DNA from: an uncultured Candidatus Saccharibacteria bacterium
Lineage (GTDB): Bacteria > Patescibacteriota > Minisyncoccia > CAIUEV01 > JAHKAQ01
Assembly: GCA_964598205.1 (NCBI GenBank)
Contig: CAZRBB010000003.1
Span: 17,046 to 81,045 of the forward strand
Direction of reading: 5' to 3'
Length of the DNA: 64,000 bases
Under the pieces are notes generated by a model. That model was not told the origin of the DNA. It did no database searches and worked only from the letters and a program-made list of their open reading frames with translations. Numbering within the stretch: the stretch's first letter is position 1; every line of letters starts with the position of its first letter. The position numbers and the translations under genes are program-made. Of this stretch, positions 37,479 through 46,900 are shown in pieces.

Positions 37479-38912
37479 TTAAGAAACATTATTCCCTTTT
37501 AGCATTTCCCTTATGTCTTTTATGGAAAAAATCCCAAAAAATCCAGCAAGAAGAAGATATGTTCCTCCGCCCGCCAAAATACGAAAAGGAAGAAAGAGGC
37601 TGTTTAGTGAAACAAGAACAAGGACCATCCCTGTTCCAGAAAGCAAAAGACGGAAAAAAATATTAGAAAAAAATATTTTCTTAAATTTTGAAAAAACAAA
37701 AAAGGCAGAAAGAGAAAAGACAACAACCTCTGTTACTGAAGAAATGACTGCTGCGGCTAAAAAGGAATATTTGGGGATGAGGATTAAGTTAAGGCTTATG
37801 TTTAAAAAGGCAGCTAATAGGAAAATTTTTAAAAGCCTTTTTTGTAGATTGGCTGCGATTAGAACCGAATTAAAATACTGTCCTAAAAATATTCCAAAAA
37901 TAGAAGGCGTTAGTAGTCTTAGTGCCCAAACAGACTTTTCAAAGCCAGGCCCGTTGATAATTTTTACAATTTCCGGTGCTAAAGCAAAGACCCCAAAAGA
38001 GATCCCTGTAGCAGCTAGAGCAATCGCCTTTAACGACTCTAGGCGAATCTTGTTGAATTTTTCATGGTCGTTAAAAACATAGCGAGAAAATAACGGAGCT
38101 ACAAGCCCCATAAACATTGCAGGAAAGTAGGAAAGGTTTTCTATTATTTTGTAAGCGGCACCATAAAGTCCAACATCTTGAGAGCCCTTAACCACAGAAA
38201 GAATAATAGTGTCTATTCGAAAATAAAGAAAGGTAACAATGGCTGAAATTCCCAAGGGAAGCGCTTCCTTGATTAATCTTTTAGCCGTTCCTCCGCTCCC
38301 CAAAAAGCTAATCTTGATTTCTTTTTTAGTTATAAAAAACACTCCTAAAAAAGTTATTGTCCAGGAAAAAACAAGGCCCCAAAGAATCCATAAAAGACCC
38401 TTGTCAAAACTAAAACAAGCCCAAACCCACAACAAGTTGCAGATTCTTCCTAAAAGCTCTAAAAAAGACACCTTGTATGCTAAAAGCCTTTTTTGAAAAA
38501 TAGCAGAAAGCGTTTGGTATCCAGAAGAAAAAAACAAACCAAGAGAAACCAGGACAATGCCCTTTTTTATGTCGAGAGAGTAGGGAAGGAGAAGGGCAAA
38601 GAGTAGCGCCAGGATCATTAGGATGGCAGAAGACCCCATTCTAATTAGAAGGGCGGCGCTGATAATTTTTTCTTCTCCCTTAGAGTCGTTTTCTTTTCTG
38701 GAAATTTCTCTTAAAACAACTTGGTTTAGCCCTAAATCACCCAAGGAAGAGAAGAAAAAGAAAAAAGCCAAAATTGTGGCGTACTTTCCCAAACCTTCTG
38801 CGCCTAACTGTCTTGCTGTTAGCCCCCAGGCAACCAGGGCAACAATGGTCCAGGTGATTTTTGCCGTGGCAGAAAGAAGGGTGTTTATGGCAATTTTAGC
38901 AGAAAGATTCAT
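37479..38912 (-). CDS. wzx: Polysaccharide biosynthesis protein / O-unit flippase (Wzx, MOP/PST family)
   Basis: 477 aa, about 12-14 TM helices with PST-family architecture. Confidence 0.8.
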   Translation of the reverse strand: MNLSAKIAINTLLSATAKITWTIVALVAWGLTARQLGAEGLGKYATILAFFFFFSSLGDLGLNQVVLREISRKENDSKGEEKIISAALLIRMGSSAILMILALLFALLLPYSLDIKKGIVLVSLGLFFSSGYQTLSAIFQKRLLAYKVSFLELLGRICNLLWVWACFSFDKGLLWILWGLVFSWTITFLGVFFITKKEIKISFLGSGGTAKRLIKEALPLGISAIVTFLYFRIDTIILSVVKGSQDVGLYGAAYKIIENLSYFPAMFMGLVAPLFSRYVFNDHEKFNKIRLESLKAIALAATGISFGVFALAPEIVKIINGPGFEKSVWALRLLTPSIFGIFLGQYFNSVLIAANLQKRLLKIFLLAAFLNISLNLILIPKYSFLAAAVISSVTEVVVFSLSAFFVFSKFKKIFFSNIFFRLLLSGTGMVLVLVSLNSLFLPFRILAGGGTYLLLAGFFGIFSIKDIREMLKGNNVS

Positions 38913-38921
38913 CGACTCTCT

Positions 38922-39680
38922 TTATTTTTTTCCTCCTACTGTTTTCTTAATAAAATATTGCTGCAAGATTGAAACCGCCGTGCTTATGCTCCAGTAAAAA
39001 GGAAGGCCTGCGGGGAAGCCAAGTGCAAAAACAAAGGCCATTATCGGCATCATGTAAAGCATTTGCCCGCTAAGAATGTCTTGAAATTCTGGTTCCCTTG
39101 AGCCTTCTTCGGATTTTTCTTTTTTCTTTGGAGCTGGTGGCATGATTTGCTTAGAGTAGACAAACTGTAACGCCCCACTTAGTAGGGCAAGGAAGAAGTT
39201 TTTTTGAGCCAAATCAACAATCCCTAGAAAGGTTGTGTTCATTTCGGTTACTCCTTGAAAGAAAGAATGCCCATAAAGCAGTCCCTGAGAGACCGCTAAA
39301 TGTCCATCAACAAGAGAGAGTGCGGCGTTACCAGGAATTAGAACCCTGTACAAAGCAAAAAGAACGGGAAGTTGAATCAGGGCAATTAAACAACCCAGCG
39401 CAGGGTTTATGTTCTCTTTTTTATAAAGCGCTAAAACCTCTTTTCCTTGCTGTTCTTTGTTGTTTTTGAATTTTTCTTTTATTTCTTTTATTTGCGGTTG
39501 GAGGTTTTTTATTTGATGTTGAGAAGTGGCCTGTTTTTTAGTTAGGGGATAAAGAATTGTTTTAATAAGAATTGTTAAAAGAATAATGGCGATTCCAAAA
39601 TCTCCAAAAAACTTATAAAAAACAATCAGGGCGTTAAATAGGGGGCGGTAAAGCAGTTCGTCAAATAAAAATTTGAACAT
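38922..39680 (-). CDS. yidC: Membrane protein insertase YidC/Oxa1 (short form)
   Basis: Conserved ILLTILIKTILYPLT ... LYKKENINP region; downstream of rnpA. Confidence 0.85.
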   Translation of the reverse strand: MFKFLFDELLYRPLFNALIVFYKFFGDFGIAIILLTILIKTILYPLTKKQATSQHQIKNLQPQIKEIKEKFKNNKEQQGKEVLALYKKENINPALGCLIALIQLPVLFALYRVLIPGNAALSLVDGHLAVSQGLLYGHSFFQGVTEMNTTFLGIVDLAQKNFFLALLSGALQFVYSKQIMPPAPKKKEKSEEGSREPEFQDILSGQMLYMMPIMAFVFALGFPAGLPFYWSISTAVSILQQYFIKKTVGGKK

Positions 39681-39980
39681 TTATAATGGTTTTTTATTAA
39701 AGTGTCTTTCTAGGGAGCGGTTAATGTTTGGAAAAGAAATATTTACGCTCCTTACTAAAACAATAAACACCAACTCTTTAAACTGAGGATTTCTTTTTTT
39801 AAAAAAAAAGACAGATTCCCTGATTCTCCTTTTAGCTAGGTTTCTTTTTACTGCTCTTTTTTCTGTCTTTTTAGAAACCAAAACGATTGTTTTAGGTTTT
39901 AGGCTAGTCGCTTTTCTTAAAGAAACCACGCTTATACCGCTTAAAACATCTTCCTTTAAAAGGCTTTCTTTTTTAGACAT
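39681..39980 (-). CDS. rnpA: Ribonuclease P protein component
   Basis: 99 aa, basic, RNR-like motif [11 protein letters not shown]; classic rpmH-rnpA-yidC order. Confidence 0.85.
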   Translation of the reverse strand: MSKKESLLKEDVLSGISVVSLRKATSLKPKTIVLVSKKTEKRAVKRNLAKRRIRESVFFFKKRNPQFKELVFIVLVRSVNISFPNINRSLERHFNKKPL

Positions 39981-40116
39981 TGGTTATTTTCTCTCTCTTT
40001 TTTTTCCTTCTTCTTGCTAAAACCTTTTGCCCTCCTTTGGTTTTCATTCTGCCACGAAACCCACAGCTTTTACTTCTTTTCCTTTTTTTTGGTTGATATG
40101 TTCTTTTGGTAGCCAT
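39973..40116 (-). CDS. rpmH: 50S ribosomal protein L34
   Basis: Manually translated [47 protein letters not shown]. Overlaps the rnpA start. Below the ORF-track cutoff. Confidence 0.85.
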   Translation of the reverse strand: MATKRTYQPKKRKRSKSCGFRGRMKTKGGQKVLARRRKKKREKITNV

Positions 40117-40267
40117 AAACTTATTGTTATTTTATTAGCACATGTTATAAGGTAAACATAGGCTGTTTGATTGTCAATTTTTTCTTTTCAACAGCTTTTG
40201 AACATTTTTTATTTTTTTAAAAAAAGGAAGTATGCTAACATATTTTTTCCTCCCCTAAGACACTCTT

Positions 40268-41659
40268 ATGAACAAAAAGGAGATTTGGCAAGCGGTCCTT
40301 GGCGATGTTGAAATTACAATCAGTAAGGCGACTTTTGTTACTTGGTTTAACAATACCTTTATCTTAGAAATAAACAACAAGCAAGCAGTTGTTGCAGTGC
40401 CCAACGGCTTTAGTAAGGAGTGGTTAGAAAATAAATATTCTTTATTTGTTAAAAAATCATTGGCTAAGCACTATGGAGAAATAGAAAAATTAGAGTTTAG
40501 AATTACTCAACCTCAAAAGCCGATTTTAAAAAACAACCATTCTGCTGAGCCCCTCCCCAATGCCTTCTCGGAAAACCACTTAAACTCCGAAGACAGTCAA
40601 GAAACGGCAGGTCAAAATTTCCACCCCACCCAAACAACCGAAACAGGCCTTAATTCAAGATATACCTTTAACAATCTTATTGCTGGCAACCACAATGAGC
40701 TTGCTTTCTCTGCTTGCAAAAAGGTTGCCCTGTTCCCAGGAACCAAATACAATCCTCTTTTTATTCATGGAGGGGTTGGCTTAGGGAAAACCCATTTATT
40801 GCAAGCTATTGGGAATAGTGCCAACAAGAACGGTGGGCTGATTGTAAAATATGTTACATCGGAAAGGTTTACCACAGAGCTGGTTGGTGCTATTAAAAAA
40901 CAACAAATAGACTCTTTTAAGGAAGCTTATCGTCGTATCGACATTCTTTTAATAGACGATATTCAATTTATTGGAGGGAAAGAGAAAACTCAAGAAGAGT
41001 TTTTCCATGTTTTTAACGCTCTTTATCAAAACAATAAGCAGATTGTTCTTTGTTCTGATCGTCCACCAAAGTCAATTGCAACATTAGAAGAAAGGTTGCG
41101 TTCTCGTTTTGAAGGAGGAATTATTGTTGATGTTTTAAAGCCTGACCTTGAAACCAGGATGGCAATTCTCACCAGAAAAGCTCAAGAAATCTACCCAGAA
41201 GAAATCCCCCAAGAAACGCTTCTTTTTATTGCTCAAAGCATTAAAACCAATGTAAGAGAATTAGAGGGAGTTTTAAATCGATTATTGGCAGTTTGTGAAT
41301 TACAGCAATCTTTTCCTAGTTTGGAAAATGCTGAGAAGTTTTTAGGCAAAATAATACAAACAAGCGAACCAATAAAACAAACCCCAGAAAAAATAATACA
41401 AGCCGTGGGAGAGTTTTTTGGAATAAAAAAAGAAGAAATAAAAGGAAAGAAAAGGGGGCGAGAAATTATGAAGCCTCGGCAGGTTTCTATTTACCTAATT
41501 AGAAGACAATTAGGTCTGTCTTATCCAGCGATTGGTAAAGAGTTTGGAGGTAAAAATCATACAACAATTATGCATAGCTATAACAAGATTTCAAAAACAA
41601 TAGAGCAGGATCCGTTATTAAAACAAGAAGTTTCTTCTATCCTAGCTCGTATCTGTTAA
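40268..41659 (+). CDS. dnaA: Chromosomal replication initiator protein DnaA
   Basis: 463 aa; AAA+ Walker A GGVGLGKTHL; C-terminal DNA-binding domain. Confidence 0.97.
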   Translation: MNKKEIWQAVLGDVEITISKATFVTWFNNTFILEINNKQAVVAVPNGFSKEWLENKYSLFVKKSLAKHYGEIEKLEFRITQPQKPILKNNHSAEPLPNAFSENHLNSEDSQETAGQNFHPTQTTETGLNSRYTFNNLIAGNHNELAFSACKKVALFPGTKYNPLFIHGGVGLGKTHLLQAIGNSANKNGGLIVKYVTSERFTTELVGAIKKQQIDSFKEAYRRIDILLIDDIQFIGGKEKTQEEFFHVFNALYQNNKQIVLCSDRPPKSIATLEERLRSRFEGGIIVDVLKPDLETRMAILTRKAQEIYPEEIPQETLLFIAQSIKTNVRELEGVLNRLLAVCELQQSFPSLENAEKFLGKIIQTSEPIKQTPEKIIQAVGEFFGIKKEEIKGKKRGREIMKPRQVSIYLIRRQLGLSYPAIGKEFGGKNHTTIMHSYNKISKTIEQDPLLKQEVSSILARIC

Positions 41660-41826
41660 TTAACTGTTTAAAAAATTGTTTATAGGTTGTGTTGAAAAAT
41701 AAATACAGTTTTGCAGTTTTTTATGCACAAACAAAAAAGTTTTCTTGATGAAAAAATCTTCTTTCTAGAAAAGGCTTTTGGGGCGTTCTCCACTTTTACA
41801 CACTCTAATAATAATAATAAATTTAA
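41660..41826. promoter_or_regulatory. Putative oriC segment (dnaA-dnaN spacer) with degenerate DnaA boxes and an AT-rich unwinding element
   Basis: TTATGCACA (1 mismatch to TTATCCACA), TTCTCCACT, and an (AAT)n tract just before dnaN, in the conserved rpmH-rnpA / dnaA-dnaN context. Confidence 0.4.
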
Positions 41827-42945
41827 ATGAAAATAACTCTTACTAAGGAGAACATTCAGAAGGCTGTTAAAAAGTGTTTGTCTTTAACAACCACAAACAC
41901 ATCTCTTCCTATTTTGTCTAGCGTTCTTTTAGAAGCAATAAAAGGGGAGCTTGTTTTAAGTGTTACTAATTTAGAGTCTGGCTTAATTGTTAGGTCTAGA
42001 GCTTCAGTGGAAAGAGAGGGGAAAGTTGTGGTCTCTTTTAAAATTTTAAGCGGAGTTATTAGTGGGTTAGTTTCCAATGTTCTAACTTTAGAGAAAAGTG
42101 GCAATTCTTTGAAAATATCAACAGATGTTTTTGAAGCAGAAATAAAAATAAACGAAGACGAAGAGTTTCCTTTGATTCCGCAAATAAAAAAAGAAAATGA
42201 TTTTTTATTAAGTCCAGTAACACTTTCGGAAGCTATTAAAAAAGTATTACCAGCAACAGCTGTTTCAGGAATGAAGCCAGAATTAACTAGTGTTTATTTA
42301 GCTTCTTCTAAGGATGGGCTAAAAGTGGTTGCTACTGACGGTTTTCGATTAATCGAGGTAACATTAGGGAAGGAGGTAGGGAAAATTGATCCAATTATTA
42401 TTCCTTATAAAACGGCCCAGGAGGCTTATAAAATATTAAGCGGTATTCAGGGGGAGGATGTTTGTTTTTATACCCGAGAGAGTCAATTTATAATAGCTGG
42501 AAGCGATTTTTATTGGGTGTCTCGAGTGATTGATGGTCATTACCCAGATTATTGTAAAATAATTCCTCAAACAAAAATAACAGAGATTCTTTTTAAAAAA
42601 GAAGATTTTTTAGAGGCGGTAAGGGGCGCAGCAATTTTTGCCAACAATGAAACAAACGATGTGGTTCTTGACTACTCTTTAAAGAGCGGAAAAGTAACCG
42701 TTTTTGCCGAATCACAAAAAACAGGAAAATTCTCTGTGAAAATAGATAGCAAGATAGAGGGAAAAGAGGGGCGCATCTGCTTGAATTATAGATATTTATT
42801 AGATGGGCTTTTATGTTTAGAAAGCGAGGAAATTATAATGCTTATAAACCAAGAAACCAGCCCAGTGCTTTTAAAAGCAAAAAAAGCAAAAAAAGAAAGC
42901 AGTGTTCTTTGTTTAATATCGCCAATCAAAAAAAACAATGCTTGA
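41827..42945 (+). CDS. dnaN: DNA polymerase III beta sliding clamp
   Basis: 372 aa with three-domain beta-clamp organisation, immediately after dnaA. Confidence 0.95.
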   Translation: MKITLTKENIQKAVKKCLSLTTTNTSLPILSSVLLEAIKGELVLSVTNLESGLIVRSRASVEREGKVVVSFKILSGVISGLVSNVLTLEKSGNSLKISTDVFEAEIKINEDEEFPLIPQIKKENDFLLSPVTLSEAIKKVLPATAVSGMKPELTSVYLASSKDGLKVVATDGFRLIEVTLGKEVGKIDPIIIPYKTAQEAYKILSGIQGEDVCFYTRESQFIIAGSDFYWVSRVIDGHYPDYCKIIPQTKITEILFKKEDFLEAVRGAAIFANNETNDVVLDYSLKSGKVTVFAESQKTGKFSVKIDSKIEGKEGRICLNYRYLLDGLLCLESEEIIMLINQETSPVLLKAKKAKKESSVLCLISPIKKNNA

Positions 42946-43237
42946 TTTAGGACAAGAAGTGCAGGGCGTTTGGAAAAGAGCTGTTTTTTCTGGTGAGTTT
43001 AAATCCTTCCTGATTTGTCGTTATGCTACCGAGAGTATAGAAAAAATCACTCAACTTTCTGTGGGAAAAATAAAAGCAAAAAAATATTGCCAACAAACAA
43101 AAACACTAGAGATTGAAATGGAAGGCGTTTCTATTGGACAAGTGATTCGGAGGCAAGAAGAAAGGATTATAGAAGATGTGAACAAAAGAATTGGTGCTTG
43201 TTGTTTAAGGAAAATAAGATATCGTCTTTTTTCTTAG
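42938..43237 (+). CDS. Hypothetical protein, possibly DUF721/DciA-like (located after dnaN)
   Basis: 99 aa with a C-terminal pattern (TLEIEMEG ... IIEDVNKRIG ... IRYRL) reminiscent of DUF721; positional support only. Confidence 0.3.
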   Translation: MLDLGQEVQGVWKRAVFSGEFKSFLICRYATESIEKITQLSVGKIKAKKYCQQTKTLEIEMEGVSIGQVIRRQEERIIEDVNKRIGACCLRKIRYRLFS

Positions 43238-45453
43238 TTTTCCTCTTTTCCTTTGCAGCCGGTTTTTTCTGGAGGGCTTGGGTCTATATTGTTTTCTTCG
43301 GCCCATTTTTTTACGCCATCTTCCCAGCTTTTAAACTGAGGATCATTTTTTGGTTCTTTAGGATAAGGACCTCGGGGATCGTCTTTGTCTATGTAGAAAA
43401 GAATAGAATGGCTTTCTCTAAAGGTTTTTTTCTTAGTGTTTTTAGAGGAACAGGTTTCACTAGCCAGGTACCCTGATTTTTTATCAATACGCAGTTCTAC
43501 TTCTTTTTCTAAAAAACCTCCAATCATGGGCTTATTTACATCTTCTTCTTCTGGTCGGATAAAGTCTTCTTTTGAGTAATCATTAATAAAGCGGTCCATA
43601 AAATTCCTCCAGATAGGGGCTGCTACAACAGAACCATCTGCTCCTTGCTTCATTGGAAGATTATTGTTATTGCCAACCCAAACACCAACAGCTATTTGGG
43701 GCGTGTAGCCAACGGTCCAGGCGTCTCTAAATTCTTGAGTGGTTCCTGTTTTGCCAGCAGTGTTTTTCCCAGAGATATATAGCGGATTGTTTCTGCCAAA
43801 AACAGGAGCTCTGGCGGAATTATCGGAAAGACAGTCATTTATTTGTCTGGCTATTTGAGAGTTTAAAACCCTTTTTCCGCCAGGACTGATATTTTCTTTA
43901 ACAAGCCCTCCCTCAGAGTTTTCAATTTTTAAAATGCTTTTTTCTTCTTGTTTAAGGCCGTCGTTGGCAAAAACAGAGAAGGCCTGGGTTTCTTCTTTTA
44001 GGGTAACCTCTCCTCCTCCTAAGACTAAAGCTAGGCCATAGCGACTTCTGTCTTTTAGTGTTTTAATTCCCATAGATTCGGCCAGGTCAATAGTTTCGTT
44101 AATTCCAGAAAGATAGAGCGTTTTAACGGCAGGAACATTTAGCGACATGGCAAGGGCGCTCTTCATGCTTATTGGGCCAATGAATTTCCCGCTGTAATTT
44201 TGGGGAGAGTATTTTACGCCAGGTCGATCTTCAAAGTCTGTTTTTACATCAAAAAGAATGGTTTTTGGTAAGTATCCTTTAATAAAAGCTGCGGCATACG
44301 CAAAGGGCTTAAAAGAAGACCCTGGCTGTCGGGGTCTTAGGGCAACATTTACATTTCCATTATTCTCTTTGTCAAAATAGTCAACAGAGCCAACCATTGC
44401 TAAAACTTCTCCATTTTTAGGATCAATAACCACCATAGCAGCATTAGTAGCTCCAAAATCTTTCTTATTTCTTTCTGCTTGTTGTTTTATTGCTTCTTCG
44501 GCGGCTATTTGTAGTTTCCAGTCTAGGGAGGTGTATATTTTTAGTCCCCCGCTTTCTATAAAGCCTTCTCCATATTCATCGACTAGTTTTTGTTTAACAT
44601 AAATAACAAAATGAGGGGCTTTAATTAAAGTGGCAAAGGGTTTTATTTTAGAAATAGTGTCTATTTTTAAGGCTTCTACTGCTTCGGATTGTTTAATGTA
44701 GCCCAAGTCTTCCATTCTTTTAATGATCCATTCTTTCCTCCAAAGGAGTCTTTCAATATTGTTGCCATAAGGAGAATAAAATGTTGGGGCCTTGGGAAGC
44801 GCTGCTAGAACGGCGCTTTCGTCTAAAGAAAGCTCTATGGCTGGTTTTCCAAAAAAGGTTTGGGCAGCGGCTTCAATCCCATAAGCATTGGAACCATAAG
44901 GAATTTCATTGAGATACATTTCTAGGATTTGATCCTTAGAAAAGCGTCGTTCTAATTCTAAGGAAAGAATGGCTTCTTTTACTTTTCGGGTATAAGTTTT
45001 TTCTGAAGAAAGAACAGAGTTTTTAATAAGCTGTTGTGTGATAGTAGAAGCTCCTTGGGATTTTGAATGCTTAAGATCTGCCAAGATGGCTCTTAAAATA
45101 GCTTTAAAATCTAATCCATGATGGTTATAGAATTGATCGTCCTCTGCAACAATGGTTGTGTTTTTTATAAAAAGAGGCATTCTGTTAAAAGGAATAACAG
45201 TCCTCTTTTCTTCTCCATGGATCTCATAAAGAAGAACTTCTCCGGTGCGATCAAAAATTTTAGTGGACTCGGCCATTTTCCTTTGGGATAGCTGGCCGGA
45301 AGAAGGAAGCTCTCTTGAGTAGTAAATAAAAACTCCTACCGCAAAAACAATTGCCAAAAGAAACCCGCTTACAAAAAGCTTAGCCAAAAAGAAAAAAAGA
45401 CTTCTTTTTTTTGGTTCAGGGAGTTTTTCTTTGGAAGGTTTTTTTGTGATCAT
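43234..45453 (-). CDS. Class A penicillin-binding protein (transglycosylase plus transpeptidase)
   Basis: N-terminal TM anchor; GT51 motifs (EDDQFYNHHGLD, ITQQL); transpeptidase domain with SxxK/SxN/KTG-type regions. Confidence 0.9.
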   Translation of the reverse strand: MITKKPSKEKLPEPKKRSLFFFLAKLFVSGFLLAIVFAVGVFIYYSRELPSSGQLSQRKMAESTKIFDRTGEVLLYEIHGEEKRTVIPFNRMPLFIKNTTIVAEDDQFYNHHGLDFKAILRAILADLKHSKSQGASTITQQLIKNSVLSSEKTYTRKVKEAILSLELERRFSKDQILEMYLNEIPYGSNAYGIEAAAQTFFGKPAIELSLDESAVLAALPKAPTFYSPYGNNIERLLWRKEWIIKRMEDLGYIKQSEAVEALKIDTISKIKPFATLIKAPHFVIYVKQKLVDEYGEGFIESGGLKIYTSLDWKLQIAAEEAIKQQAERNKKDFGATNAAMVVIDPKNGEVLAMVGSVDYFDKENNGNVNVALRPRQPGSSFKPFAYAAAFIKGYLPKTILFDVKTDFEDRPGVKYSPQNYSGKFIGPISMKSALAMSLNVPAVKTLYLSGINETIDLAESMGIKTLKDRSRYGLALVLGGGEVTLKEETQAFSVFANDGLKQEEKSILKIENSEGGLVKENISPGGKRVLNSQIARQINDCLSDNSARAPVFGRNNPLYISGKNTAGKTGTTQEFRDAWTVGYTPQIAVGVWVGNNNNLPMKQGADGSVVAAPIWRNFMDRFINDYSKEDFIRPEEEDVNKPMIGGFLEKEVELRIDKKSGYLASETCSSKNTKKKTFRESHSILFYIDKDDPRGPYPKEPKNDPQFKSWEDGVKKWAEENNIDPSPPEKTGCKGKEEN

Positions 45454-46900
45454 GAGGGGCTTTATGAGTTTGGGTGATATGGAGGGATTGATAGGTGGCC
45501 TTTACCACAGAAGCTCCAAAGGCATTGAGCCTTGTTCCCATATTTTGGCTTATTTGGCAAGAGAACACAACCCTGAAAATGCGACCGGGATCTTTTTTGT
45601 TTATTTTTCGAGGAAAAGAAGGAACGCCGTCTACTATTAAAAATTCTTTAGCGTTTTTAATCTGAGAAAAAGAAAATCCTTTTCTTTTAAAAACAAGCTT
45701 TTTATTCTTTAAGCAATAAACACCAGCTCTCAGAGAACCTTTTATAAAAGCCGGCTTATAAGGAGCTCGGACAAAGAGATGGGCTTTTTCCGGAGACTTA
45801 ATAGAAAGTGTTTCTTTTTTTTGATACAAAGCTCTAGGAAGGGGTTGTTTAAGAAATTCTAAAACATGAAAAGCAACTAATGGAATTTCTTTTTTTTGAA
45901 GCTGAATTAGCGTAGAAACAGGGAATGTTCCTAAGAGTCGAGGGTTTAACTCTAATGGGAAAACATTTTTTTGTTTCCAATCAACAATAAAATCAACACC
46001 AAAAATTCCCCTAAAGCCTTCTTTTCTTAGGGCTATGCCTATTTGCTGGACTGTTCTTTTCATTTTGCCCTGTATTTGTTTTTTAATTTTAAAAGCCTCG
46101 CTCCAGTCGTGCCCGCAAAAGACGCCTTGGCCCTTTGCTTGAGGGAAAAGCTCTTGGATGTCGATTAATTGAAGCTGAGGAGGGATTTGGAATATTTTTT
46201 TCTTAGTTACGCATCCTGTAATGCTAGGAGAAAACCCATCAACAAATGGAGAAACAACAACAGAAGAGCTCCAAGAAAGTTGCTGGTCTTTTTTAAGCAC
46301 GGTAATGGCAGTTGCAAAATCGGTTTTGTTTTTTATAAAAAAAGTTCCACCACCACCTCCTCTTTTTGGGTTTTGAACAACAAAGACAGAGGAAAAGATG
46401 CGAGAAGCGTTGTTGTATCCCTGTTTTTTAAGAACGGCTAGTGTTATGTTTTTTTTAAGCAACCCAGAGAGCGAGGCTTTTTTTAAAAGTTTTTTAAAAA
46501 AAACCTTATTTTCTAGCTTTTTTTCTAGAGATATAGGATTGGCAGCAAGAATCCAGCCCTTTTTCTTGGCCAAGAATTCCAAAGACGAACTGCTTTTATA
46601 AAGAAGGATGACGGGAGGATTCTTTTTGTTTGCTAATCCAATAAAAGATTGCGCGTTTTTATCCTTAAGAACAGAAAAAGGGTTTCTTTTGGTTTCTTTT
46701 GGGATTTTTTTAAGAGATTCTTCTAGGCAAAAAAGAGGAATGCCAAACTTTCTTATATGTTCGATTTCCGCCGAATAGTTTAGGCAGGCAATTTTGAAAT
46801 TTGGAAAAATATTTTCACAACCAATACGACCAAAGGCCTGAACAGAAGCTCCAATAATGGGGTTTTTAATTTTTTCAAAGAGAGTTTTGGTGCTGGTCAT
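45416..46900 (-). CDS. ATP-grasp family ligase (second of two tandem ATP-grasp genes)
   Basis: Glycine-rich loop KRGGGGGTFF and C-terminal ATP-grasp motif FGVDFIVDWKQKNVFPLELNPR. Confidence 0.6.
   Translation of the reverse strand: MTSTKTLFEKIKNPIIGASVQAFGRIGCENIFPNFKIACLNYSAEIEHIRKFGIPLFCLEESLKKIPKETKRNPFSVLKDKNAQSFIGLANKKNPPVILLYKSSSSLEFLAKKKGWILAANPISLEKKLENKVFFKKLLKKASLSGLLKKNITLAVLKKQGYNNASRIFSSVFVVQNPKRGGGGGTFFIKNKTDFATAITVLKKDQQLSWSSSVVVSPFVDGFSPSITGCVTKKKIFQIPPQLQLIDIQELFPQAKGQGVFCGHDWSEAFKIKKQIQGKMKRTVQQIGIALRKEGFRGIFGVDFIVDWKQKNVFPLELNPRLLGTFPVSTLIQLQKKEIPLVAFHVLEFLKQPLPRALYQKKETLSIKSPEKAHLFVRAPYKPAFIKGSLRAGVYCLKNKKLVFKRKGFSFSQIKNAKEFLIVDGVPSFPRKINKKDPGRIFRVVFSCQISQNMGTRLNAFGASVVKATYQSLHITQTHKAPHDHKKTFQRKTP

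Noticed and set aside
37513-38082. 189-aa plus-strand ORF inside the wzx flippase gene; similarly 694-1041, 1776-1979, 8991-9566, 18318-19451 (+), 28460-29878 (-)
   Set aside because: These are antisense shadow ORFs within strongly supported conserved genes (kinase, glyA, gyrB, comM, the VirB6-like gene). They have biased, low-complexity translations and no motifs.
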